This document shows, piece by piece, positions 48,139 through 60,549 of a stretch of 64,000 bases of DNA. A program made the translations under genes and the position numbers. This DNA comes from Marsupella aquatica. Taxonomy: Eukaryota; Plantae; Marchantiophyta. The first letter of the stretch is position 1, and every line of letters starts with the position of its first letter. The stretch is taken from assembly GCA_973895155.1 (NCBI GenBank), contig OZ316893.1, positions 9,987,660 through 10,051,659 on the forward strand, in the 5' to 3' direction. The notes beneath the pieces are model-generated. The model was given only the letters and a program-made list of their open reading frames with translations, was not told the DNA's origin and made no database searches.

Positions 48139-50647
48139 TATTTTATCTGCACATTCAATCCAAATCAAAGTTAACCTCTGTTCCTAAGATATAGTTGTTG
48201 TTTTTTTCTCTGAATATACCCAAGGGACCGTATACTTTTTGTCTTAGTTTTCCAGACCTACTTTGTTTCCCTTGTTTCTCAATAGCCTTGAACTCTCGTG
48301 TAATTGTCTGAGATGAGTTGCCCTCACAACTAAGTTGGCAGGTTGTTACTTACCATTGAGTTCAAGAAGCATTGTGTACATTTGACCCAAAACCCTAAAC
48401 TACTACATACTTAAATGATGTCTTACCACAAGATGGCAACTGCAAACCATGGTTCGCTCCATTAATGAGAATATAAAAAAGTACTAAGGCGTATAATTAC
48501 CATGACTATCTTTTATCATATTATAGATATGAAGTGTTTCTTATGGGGTGTTTTTATAGTATTGTCATCAAGAAACAGTGTTCAGGCTAGGTTTAAATTC
48601 ACCATGAATGATACATGTTAAAACAAAAGCAAATCAGTATTACAAGAGAAAGTCATCTTGCATTATAATTGTTTGATGTGTAATAATTCCATAATTCCAT
48701 CAGTTTAGAATTCATAAGAAAGTCTTTATCAAATGTATTCTATTGGACTTATGTATGAGTTTCTCTTGACCAGAATGTAAACAATATTAAAGAGAGTTAT
48801 AATCATACTTAAGCAAAGCAGGAGACTGAGGTTCATGTATCATATAGATCATGTGACTATGAACCATGGTTTGTGGCCTTTGGTCATAGTCACATTTTTA
48901 TTTTTCTAGCTAGGAGTATACTAGTCAGTTTGGTAATTTACTCCTAGTTTTAGATGATGCTGTTAAATAAGGCTCATTAATTCAAGGGCTACGTACCATG
49001 ATTTGCACTCACCTTTCATTTTCCCATCTACAAGTTGAGTTAGTTTGATATGGTTTGAACCATGGTTCGAAGTCACTTTTTACATGTAGGTGTAGAGTTG
49101 GTTCACTCCGAGTATTAGATAATTAATGCCATCAGATAAGCCTCTTACTAGGCACACGAACCATGGTTCATGGTCACTTTTTAAATTTTTGATCATCTAC
49201 TTGAAGTATTAGAGGTTTCCTAGTCACCTCAGAAGTCATTTGTTTAAGAAAACCACAACATGACAAAGGTAGGGCTCATGTACCAACCACAAATACTTAT
49301 CATAATAACATTCTCCCACAAGTTATTTGGTGTTAAATCTAGGAGAAAGCACATACATATATGTTACTTTCATTCAAGTATCTTTGTTTGCTTATATGCG
49401 TTCAATTTTAAATTATGTATGTCAAGTAACCGTCACGCTAGTTAGTTTGTGAAAATCTACACTCAGGTAGATTATGATTGAAGTTGAACAGGTTAACAAA
49501 AGATTAACCTCATCAAACATTAGAATGAATTGGATATATTACTCAGTTACAAATACAATCTACAATCTTAATGATTAAATTCTCACTTAAGTTCGAGTTA
49601 GGGAATGATTCTTGAGTTCAAGATTCATATATATTATGAAGTGAATTGAGTTCACACATCACAATCTAATTCATCAATTCAATCTCTCATTCTAAGATTG
49701 AAGAAGAACTAATGCAAAAAGGAAGAACTCGAATGGATGGTTACTTACAGTTTCAAGACACATACAGCTTGTATATCTTCTCTGCCACTCTAGACAGTTC
49801 ACTCAATCTTCATCAACAAATAACTCGTGCAGTCTCTTGCCAGTTCCTCTATAGTCGCACACTATGACTCTTTGATGAAGGCTGACTGTCTAATCTCCTC
49901 GATCGCTCTTCAATGTTAATCCCTGTGTTAATCTCTATCTCCTTGAACAATCTGTACTCTAAGAACTCCTCCCAGCTCTCCTCTTGAGGTATCCCCTCCC
50001 AGCACTTGAAGCACTCTCCTCGCAGCTTGAAGCGCTCTCCTCGCAGCTTGAAGCGCTCTCCTCGTAGCTCTCCTGAATCAAAACCCTTTCCTAGTAAATG
50101 AACTCCATAGACGATCAAAACAGACTTAACGTTTTTGACTCCACAAGAGGATTCTGGAAGTTCGCATTTCAAAATGAAACTTTTGGGGGGAATTTTGAAT
50201 TTTGAATTTTGACCTGGTTATGATTGCCTTGGCCTTCGGTAACTGATTCTCATGCCCAATCGATCTGATGCAAACTGATCATATCTTGTCTTGTAAATGC
50301 CCGGAGGTACCCTTCGAGCAGAGAAAAGTTTACAAGGCCTTGGCCATAAAATTAATAAAATTTTCAATTATATGCTTGTAAATTGAAACAAATTTTTAAC
50401 TTGCTAGGGGGATCCTCACCTAATCTTTTAATTTGCACCCATTATACATTTACTACTAAGGTAACTTACTTCCTTTACGATTAAATTTACCATTTGTACT
50501 ACCATAATTTATTTAACCTCATTTAATATTTTTACTACCATCATTATTTAACCTACTAAGGTACCTCATTCAATCTTTTTACTACCATAATTTATTTAAA
50601 TTACTAAGGTAACCTGATTTGTTCTTTTTACTACCATTATTTAATAG

Positions 50648-51640
50648 CCTATAACTAAGGGTAATACTCGCCTAAGATTTCACAACACATATGAATTATT
50701 AAACCTACTCGGGTAACCGCCCCTTAATCTTATTATATCTAAACCTTAAACCCCTAAACCCTAAATCTGATTATATATATTATGTGTTTAACCCCTAGGG
50801 TAACCCTTGATCTCTTAATCCTTGTGCAACCATTATTAATTTAACTTACTACAAGGGCCTCTCTCAGTCTTGTGCAACCATTATTTATTTGTACAATTAA
50901 CCCAAAGTCATCTTAGCTAATTTCTATGAAAAATACATGTTTTGGATCGCACGTGGTTCCTAAGATTTTTGATAGTCAACCCCCCGAGCATCTTAGGATT
51001 AAGGACTGTTATCGATGTTTAGGCTTAAGGTTAAATAGAGTTAACCTAAGTAATGTTTAGGGTTCTAGGGTTTCATGTTCAGGGTTCAGGGTTTAGGGTT
51101 TAAGGGTTTCAGCCTAAACCCTAACTAAACCCTAGCTAAACCCTATAACTAAGGCTAATACTCGCCTAAGATTTCACAACACATATGAATTATTAAACCT
51201 ACTCAGGTAAACACCCCTTAATCTTATTATATCTAAACCCTAAACCCCTAAACCCTAAATCTGATTATATATATTATGTGTTTAAACCCTAGGGTAACCC
51301 TTGATCTCTTAATCCTTGTGCAACCATTATTAATTTAACTTACTACAAGGGCCTCTCTCAGTCTTGTGCAACCATTATTTATTTGTACAATTAACCCAAA
51401 GTCATCTTAGCTAATTTCTATGAAAAATACCTATTTCGGATCGCACGTGGTTCCTAAGATTTTTGATAGTCAACCCCCCGAGCATCTTAGGATTAAGGAC
51501 TGTTATCGATGTTTAGGCTTAAGGTTAAATAGAGTTAACCTAAGTAATGTTTAGGGTTCTAGGGTTTTATGTTCAGGGTTCAGGGTTTAGGGTTTTTAAG
51601 GGTTTCAGCCTAAACCCTAACTAAACCCTAGCTAAACCCT
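50648..51640. repeat. Two-copy ~494-bp tandem duplication rich in telomere-like TTTAGGG/CCCTAAA motifs
   Basis: CCTATAACTAAGG.TAATACTCGCCTAAGATTTC starts at 50648 and 51142; the copies are nearly identical. Confidence 0.92.
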
Positions 51641-51644
51641 AGCT

Positions 51645-53860
51645 AAACCCTAAAGCCCCTGAACCCTTAACCAAGTAGTCAAACCTCATTGTGGGCGTCC
51701 ATGTGGTCTCTTGTGACATGTCCATTTCAAAATTCCGGGCCAATGGTTGTGCCAGATCCAAACCTAAACAAATACAAGGTCCATTTGTGTTTGTTGTGAA
51801 ACTATTACAATTTATAATTTGTCTCGGGAACTCAGGGCCAAAGAGAATTCAAATTTAACGTACCAAATAAGAATGAGGAACTTTAAACCAACCATACTTT
51901 AAATTTCTTAGTCATTCTTTTTGAGTTTTCACTATGTTTATTTAGTTCTACTCGGGTACATTAGTATTCAAAGGCGCATTAAGAGAGTTTTGGCCATTAT
52001 TTGCTGTGGGTCAAAAGCCTGTTTGGGTTGAGAGTTTTTATGTTGCAAATTGGGGTTGCTCAAGCTTTTGTTGAGATTCAACCATGTACTAATTATTGAA
52101 AAATGGTATAACTGTTAGCTAGGAGGCTCAATATAAACCAACCATACTTTAAGTTAGTGGGTTCTTCTTATTGTGTTTTAACCATTCTTTGTAAGAGAGA
52201 GGCAGGTGGGTTTCGGGCACCTAGTCGGATTCCTTTGCTTAACCCTCCTATGCAGTTTACGACTGAGCTTGACCAGGCTCTTCAGTATGTTGATAGGTAG
52301 GGTTTGGTTTTTGTGTGTCCTCTTATGCGGGAAACCCTGCCTGCTGTTAACCCTAAACTGATAAATGTTTTGGCCTTTTCTGTGTTCTCCCTTGATTGGG
52401 TTTTTGGCCTGTGGAATCTTGTCTCCCAGTTGGGCGCCTTCTGCTTTTGGCAGTTTGATATAAAAAATTAGTGCTATTAGCATATGTTGATATCCAAAGT
52501 ATTTCAACCTTGCACATTTTCAACTGTTGAAAGAAGCAAAAATTATTGGTGACAAAATGTAAAAGATTAAGGTCCGGATTAAGGTCCAAGACAGTCCATT
52601 ATTGATCAAAATGTTGTATCAAACTATTCCCAGATGGATAATACATGATTAATATTTTGGATGAAGCTAGGAACTTGCAAATGACACTGTTCAAGTCTTG
52701 TCTTGATCATTTTATTGATGGTCTCTTTTCTACTTGGCAAACCCTTTGTTTTCATGGACCTGGGGGAGAATGTAAAAGTAGATTAAGGGTCCAGGCATTA
52801 TTGTAAGTGTCCGTTATTGCATTGTAAGTGTCCATTATTGTAAGTAGATAATTTGTGAGTGACTGTGGGAACTAAGCAAAGAGATAGCACTAGTCTAAAC
52901 CCTAAAGCCCCTGATTCAAACCTTAACCTGGGGTTAGCCTTAGTCAAACCTCATTGTGGGCCCATGTGTGGGCCCTTGGGGCATGTCCATTTCAAAGTTC
53001 CGGGCCAATGGTTATGCCAGACCCAAACCTAAACAAATACAACTATGTGTGTTTTTTGTGAAACTACTACAATTTATAGTTTGTCCCGAGAACTCAGGGT
53101 CAAAGAGAATTCAAATTTAACGTGCCAAATAAGAAGGAGGAACTTTAAACCAACCATACTTTAAATTTCTTAGTTATTCTTTTTGAGTTTTCACTATGTT
53201 TATTTGGTTCTACTCGGGTACATTAGTATTCAAAGGCGCATTAAGAGAGTTTTTGGCCATTATTTGTTGTGGGTCAAAAGCCCGTTTGGGTTGAGAGTTT
53301 TTAAGGTGCAAATTGGGGTTGCTCAAGCTTTTGTTGAGATTCAACCATGTACTAATTATTGAAAAATGGTATAGTTAGCTAGGGGCACTATAAACCAACC
53401 ATACTTTAAGTTAGTGGGTTCTTCTTATTGAGTTCTAACCATTCTTTGTAGGGGAGATGCAGGTGGGTTTCGAGCAACTAGTCGGATTCCCTTTCCTCCT
53501 AGTATGCAGTTTACTCGTGAGCTTGACCAGGCTCTTCAGTATGCGGATAGGTAGAATTTGGTTTTTGTGTCTCCTCTTGTGCGGGAAACCCTGCCTGGTG
53601 TTAACCCTAAACTGATAAATGTTTTGGCCTTTTTTGTGTTCTCCCTTGATTGGGTTTTTGGCCTGTGGGATCGTGTCTCCCAGTTGGGCGCCTTCTCCTT
53701 TTGGCAGTTTGATGTAAAAATAAATTAGGGTGTGTTCATGGACCTGGGGGACCATGTAAAAGTAGATTAAGGGTCCATTATTGTAAGTGTCCATTATTGT
53801 AAGTAGATACTCTAATAATTTGTGAATGTGGAAAGCAAGGAGATAGCACTAGTCTACACC
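51645..53860. repeat. Two-copy tandem duplication (~1250 bp plus an internally deleted ~965-bp copy)
   Basis: AAACCCTAAAGCCCCTGA...TAGTCAAACCTCATTGTGGG at 51645 and ~52897; both copies end in GAGATAGCACTAGTCTA. Confidence 0.9.
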
Positions 53861-53866
53861 CTAAAC

Positions 53867-54054
53867 CCTTTTGATGGCTTTGATTAAAGCTGCTGTTGCA
53901 TATCGTGAAGCTGGTAGAAAACAATTGAAGTCTTTTTCAAAACAAGTACTGTATAAAAATGGTAATTATGCAACAGCAGCTTTCGGCGAAGCAGGTTTAA
54001 GCAACACAGTCAAAAGGGTATGCAATAGCAGCTTTAATCAAAGCCATCAAAAGG
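53867..54054. repeat. 188-bp inverted repeat (MITE-like hairpin)
   Basis: 36-bp arms CCTTTTGATGGCTTTGATTAAAGCTGCTRTTGCATA at 53867-53902 and 54019-54054 with one mismatch. No TSD was recognised. Confidence 0.8.
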
Positions 54055-55193
54055 ATAATTATGTAAGAGCAATGCCATGCCTAACGGCAAAAAAATGGAG
54101 TACAAGAGCAAGTCCCAGAGCAAGTTAGGATGGGAAACTTTCCAGCCATTGAGATCCTTACCTCAAACTCCCTAGTAGAATAATCACAACTGAAGATACT
54201 TAGTTGAATCCGGGGTTGAATCCTGATATGTCTAGTTAATCTGTACTAGAAATTGAGAACTCCAAGTTGTGTTGAATCAAATGGTTATACCTTGGTTCTT
54301 CAGCTGACCATAAACAATACGTTTGAAGACCATCGCATAGGAACCATCTACCACCCCTACAGAACCAAGATACATTAAGTTGTCAGATGAACTACTGCAT
54401 TTTGATAAACCTTAAAAAGAACCTAGCTTTCTTATAATGTGACAAGCATACTACGGCTTAGAGAACAAATTTCTAACCACAACACTTCAAAATCCAGAAC
54501 CAACATGAAAAGATCTCACTGGACGATCAATCTGTTAGGTAGAGACATAACTATTATCTCCAAGTTTCCCCACAAGTTCCACATAGTGATTAAGTCTTTA
54601 CTTTGTTACTCTACTATATAGGTTTTGACTCTCTGTTTTGGCTTTTTGTAAGTATGTGGTGTTGTGTTTGCAAATTGTTGTTGTGTTTGAATTTGGCATT
54701 GTGAGATGAAATCATAGTGCTCAGGGTCTCCAGGAGCATTACCAGGACGGAGCTCAAATGCATTGTACGTTCTCAATAATAGATTAACACTTGAAAAGTT
54801 TGAGGAAAACCCTGGGTAGTTGTGAAAATAAGGGTATTTTGGTAGGAAGCACATCCATGAGGTTATAAATATCTCCTTAGGGATAGTTAGCTCAATGAAT
54901 CTTTGTGTGACCAAAAGCTATTGGGAGACAAGAAATATCCTTCAAGAGGGCCTCTTCTTTTGCTCAAAATTATATAATTTCCAAAATCTTGATATTATTT
55001 TTAAGAAACCAAGGGTCATAGTCAAAGAAGGGGAGTGTCATTTTTCTATTTGTCCACAAATCATTATGCAATTTGATCATGTAAACCCTAAACCCTAAAC
55101 CCTAAAGTCACACATAATAAAAATTGAAATGATTGCCTAAAGTAAATGATTAGTCATGGGGATTAGGGGCAGTCTAGGGGTGGGGGACCTGTG

Positions 55194-55900
55194 CCCGGGC
55201 CCTCACTCTATGTATATTAAGTATATCGTTGTTATATGTAAAAAATTAATTTCTGATAACGTTTTAGACCCTTAGGTGCCTTATAAAACTGGTGAAATCT
55301 ATATTTGAAAACCCATTCAGGAATTATAATTAGGAAAACCCAACATAGGGCTAGCATACCAGATACACAAGTATTCCAAACAAAAGGATGCATACAGTCA
55401 CACATACAATTTATATAATTATGTTTGAATGACCAGTTTGGCCAAACTGGTCCCCAAAACTGGTATAGGCTCTAAGACAAAAGATCTGGACCTTTCAAGA
55501 CTTTGATCTGTGCACTCCCCACAAAACTCTGAATCTGTCATACCAAAGCCTTTCCCAAACTTACCCCCTCACTAAACCCCCAAAACCCTTTTACCCCTGC
55601 TTTTACCTTAGGATAGGCGCACCCATTAAAATGGAAATATAAGGATTTGTCACATATTGCAAAGAGACCTTGCCACATGGACCACTTATACAATGACGCA
55701 TGGCACATACATTATAAGACCCCTTCAGTCTGATTAATATGCCACCACTTTGGAAATATCTTTCTGACTTATAAACCCAAACTTGTATAAATTTGGAGGT
55801 TGGTTTGTTGTAATTTAATTATAAAAATTAGTCGGAATGGGATTAAAAACACCCTTCAAGTGGGCAAGTTATACTCATTCCCCAAAGTTAGCTCAATGAA
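55194..55900. mobile_element. Left terminus of a TIR element related to the 1176-1191 end
   Basis: CCCGGGCCCTCACTCT at 55194-55209 plus subterminal blocks shared in inverted orientation with 540-760. The partner end was not found. Confidence 0.45.
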
Positions 55901-58900
55901 CAATCTGAGTTGGGTTAAGTTTTATGAAATGAAAGAAGTATCCTCGAACTAAACAACTCTATGGCAAGCAGAAACAATTGCCAAACTCTTGAGAGTCTGC
56001 GTTATGTATTCCCATCATTTCGTAAGCGACCTGAGAAGTGACCTTGTTGTGACAGTTTCTATGAGGGTTTTATTTATGTCTTGTGGGTTAGCAATCACCA
56101 AAACCTGGAAAGGCCCAAGTTTGGAAGGTATTAGTCTCCACCCGACTGCCAGCCCGACTCTGCACCCCTAATACTTCTTGTACTTTGGAGTCAATTGTAT
56201 TTATAATGACAAATTGAATACTAAATTTTGATAGCATACCTCTTTGCAAATGAAACATAATCTTTATTCTTTCTTGATTCAGATAGGGTATGTTTGTCCG
56301 CATGCAGCAAACACAATATTTGTTTTTACTTGTTCCAGGAGGGAGACAGTGTCCGAGTCTTCTCTTTTATCATATGTGCTAAGTCAAGAATTTAACTAAG
56401 TTCTTTTATTATTCTTTTCTCTTTTGTCATGTAATGCAGTCATTGCGCTTTCATTCCTTTACTATCACTTTTTAAAGATTCTTTCCTCCTTTTCAACTTA
56501 AAAAATAGTTTAGTCATTGCCCTCTTATCTGCTTACTGTTCATTCTTTTATAAAATCACATTTTTCTACTTTTCAAGTAAAAACGTCATGTTTGCGTCTT
56601 TTCACTCTAACTCTATTTATTTTTTGCTTTCTTTGGCACATGACACTATTGTATGTAGTGAGGTACCCCCTCTTGGCCCTCCCTTGCCTTTGCCCATTGA
56701 ACCACTATGTTCACGGTTAACTAAGAGTTTTTCAGGTAATGAAAAGATATGTTACTCCTGACTCATTGGAGAGTCATTCATGTGACTGTGGTAAGTAAGT
56801 CAAAAGGATTTGATGATAAGTAGCATAAGGACATTACAATTTAGTTCTATACCTAAAGAACTCAATTGTGCCATGGCTTAAGTTATTTAATCTCATGGTG
56901 TACATTAATTTGCGCCAAATATAATTAATATACCCTTTCCCCAAATGTGACCCATTGTTTATGACCAAATGTTGGGGATCAGTAAGTTGGACTACTGTTT
57001 TGTGTAAGAGGATGCACGGTTATATCAATGGGAACTTCCACGTAACAGTTGGCTCCATTATCTTCGATCAATGTCTAGTGCCGACCATCTGAACAACTTG
57101 TGCCAACTCAAGACTTTGAGGGAGGTTGGCACTAACCAATGCCACACTTTACAATGTCATATTTTTCAGTAGTGACACTAACCAATATGGCCTTGAACCA
57201 TGTAAACCAATAAGGCATCTCAAAGTTTCAAATAATGTGTCTCAAAGTTGCTTACATACAGACATCACAAGTTATGGACAGGCGGGTGGACAGTTTATGG
57301 GCAGAACAAGTTATGAACTACCGAAGTCATAATTTATCACTTTTTGCCATAACAATTGGATATATGTCTTGATCATAAGTGAATGAAGAGGTTACTGAAA
57401 AATAAAAAATAAACCTTTTGAATAATTAAGTTTGTGCAAAAGCTATGGCCAGCCATCCTCCGCTTTTCCTTATGGCCAAGCCAAATTTGATGGCAAGGGT
57501 TCCCTCCATTTCCTCTAACTTGAATTAATGTCCCATTTTTCAGTGCATGTCTCCCGCTCATGTTTTGGGTGAAAAGTTCACATTGAGTGGATTTCTTGTG
57601 CGCACTGCTGTGTGAGTGCCTGCACGGTAGGGCGTGCTAGGTCAAGTAGCAAGTATAGTGGGAGTTCAAAATCTGGAATTCGATCTTATGAGTAAGGTGA
57701 GTTGCGGGAAAGTTTGGAGCGTGAGCTACATCAAGTTAGTTTGCTAGGTCAAGTAGCAAGTATAGTGGGAGCTCAAAATCTGAAGGTCAATCTTGTGAGT
57801 TGCGGGAAAGTTTGGAGCGAGAGCTACATCAAGTTGTGCTTTGGTGCAAGTGCTGAGACCCTGAACTGTGAGTTGGAGCTGAAGAATGATTTGGACTCAA
57901 CCGTGAGCTGGAGTTGAGCTAAGTTTTGGCAAGATTGAGCTGGAATACAGGACTGTGAGTCGTTGTGGTACGGGAGTACCTGCAATTTTTTCTGGAAACT
58001 TGTTTATTATTAGCATATCCCAAGATTTACTTACATTTAGACGCCTCCTGACCAACATTTACTTGTTCTGGACACTTATTGAAATATTTGACGTCTCCAG
58101 CTTCCTGATGATTCCTTTGCCCCACCGTCACCAAGACTCTATGAGGATTTCGATCGACGCTGTGAGCAGCGTCAGCCTCCACACTCGACGCTTCTAGCAG
58201 CGTCCATTGGTTTTACTTAAGACACTTTTAGCAGCGTCCACTTCTACTCACGACGCTTCTAGCAGCGTCCGCTCGACACTTAGACTTAGTTTTTGAAGTA
58301 GATTACTAGTAGAGTAGTATTTTATCACCTTAGAAGTACTTATGCTGTACTTCTCCCTTATTTAGTTTTAAACTTGGAAAGGCACGACTGTTCTCACCTT
58401 CTCCATTTTTGGATTCCAGCACTTATAAGATAGAGAAGAATACTCATTTGAAGGGAGAGAAATAGACTTAATACTCTATTCAGGATTGAGTCTTCTGAAT
58501 AGTTTTCTCCTCCTTCCATTGTAACAAGGCATGCTGTGAGTGTTTTGTATGGAAGTAAAGCTGTATTGATTGAAGTTGAGATTGAATTCAAGAGATTCCT
58601 ATGGTGATTGAATTCAGTTGCAGACTTCTGATACTTTAATTGAATTCACCGCTAGGCTTACTTGTGGAGTCAAGATTCGCTAGCCAATTCAAGAGTAGTT
58701 GTTGATAAATGAGAAGTAAATTCTGATTCTCAGAGGAGTTAGTACCGTTGCTTTGATTCTGGAATATGGTTTAGAGTTTGACTGAATTGCGTATCGCTGA
58801 CGTCAAACCATGTTGACGGCATTTTAAACCATATCATTCATTTGCAACCAGAAAGCTTATAGTTTATCAGATTGAGAATTCCATTATCATTCAACTTGGT

Positions 58901-60549
58901 GTTTTGAAGTGTGAGATTGATGAATTATGGGACAGATTTCATGTCTATACTGATCCCAAATCCTTTCTGAAGGAGTGGCAGTAGCAGCGTGTTGTCTCTA
59001 AATTTTTACTCATTTCTTCTTTGATTCATAAACCAGAAGTTCAGTTACTTCTTGGTATGTTTATTTGATTTTCCGTTGAAAAGTGGAGTCAGCTTAGAGC
59101 TCAGCGCTCTAAATCACTCCGAGTGATAAAAGTTATACAATTCATTCTAAAATCTGTTCTTTAAGGGATCGAAACTTTGGTTTTAAGTGAGAAGAGTCAC
59201 TTTTGATACTTAGCACTATACGACAGTCGTTGTTGAGTGAGTGCTAGGACTATGAGTAATCGCCGAGTGAGTGCTGCGCTGAGGTGACTTGATGTGAAAG
59301 TGATGGAGAATAGGTGAGCTAGCTTGTATGTGTAATGTATGTCGTCACTTTGCATCTATGTGTATAATTTTGATATCGACCAAAGTGAAGCAGAGCCTTG
59401 CTGCAGGGGTTTGCTAGCAGTTCCCATCACCTGCACTATTTTTCATTCGTTTCTTCCAAGCAGAGCCTTGCCACAGGGGTTTGCTAGCAGTTCCCATCAC
59501 CTGCGCTGTTCTTTATTCGTTTCTTCCTGGCTCCCGGTTGTAATGGAGGATTGATGTTCCTTCAATCTCCTTCTCTGACTTGTCTTCCGATCTCAGTGTT
59601 TACTCAACAAGAAGTCTTGCTCATGGGCTTGTTTCAAAAGCATTTGAAAATCCTTTCCAACGATGCCTTAATCGCCTGTTTTCATCCAGTATTATTGCAC
59701 TAGTACATTTTGAGGCATTTTACCGATTGTATTTAGATCGGACGCCTTCAGGAAATCCGACGCGGAAATCTCACCTGTCCGATACCAAAAGAATCGCAAT
59801 TTCCGATATAAATTTTATCGGAAAACGACAATCGGAAACTAATCAGAACTACCAATACCAAAACATTTGGGAGTTCCGTCGCCTAAACTGTCGGGAAACA
59901 CTATGTCCGATGCCCGCGTAATCGGATGTCTGTTTCACGCAATTTCTGTTAGTGGAGGCGTCCGATTCTAGACCAATATTCTGGACATGGAAATGACCGA
60001 TTGGTTTAACATCGGAAATGTCCGATGTTATTTGGAACGGAAATTGCGATTATAGTAGAATCGGACTTTGCGATACGTTTGGGATGGAAAAGTACAATGA
60101 TTGTGGCATCGGATATGGATCGGTATCTACCCGGAAACTATTTGGCGAGCTTGATTGGGCCTATTTTAAATGGGGGGCTAATTGGGGGTTTAATTGGGGT
60201 GCAATTTAATTCTTTAACTGAGTTTTTATCTAGGGTTTAGAGAGGTCATTTAGTCAAGAGAGACTATCAATTTTGATTGCACACTATGTACCTTGAAACC
60301 CGGGCATGACACGGCATAACTATATCTTATATACAAAAATGAAATATCGAGGGCAAAAGTACAAAAAATGGAGAACATCTCCATGCATAGTGCCAGCTAT
60401 GCTAAAGGCTGGGCATATCAAATGGACATAATGCCCTCCAACTATCCACCTCGCTAGCCTGGTACTAGATCTATACATGTCTACCTAGTCCACTATCCAT
60501 ACAAGCTATGTCGCGTCTTCCTCTTCTTCACACGGGAACGACTAGGTTG

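Noticed and set aside
49200-50400. LTR-like sequence with a short GCAGCTTGAAGCGCTCTCCTC repeat
   Set aside because: No partner LTR, PBS/PPT or TSD was identified.
52870-52896. CTAGT at tandem unit ends as Helitron 3' termini
   Set aside because: No convincing GC-rich subterminal hairpin or matching 5' TC end.
57600-59600. LTR-like region with short duplications and a TATA-like motif
   Set aside because: Boundaries, TSD and PBS could not be defined.
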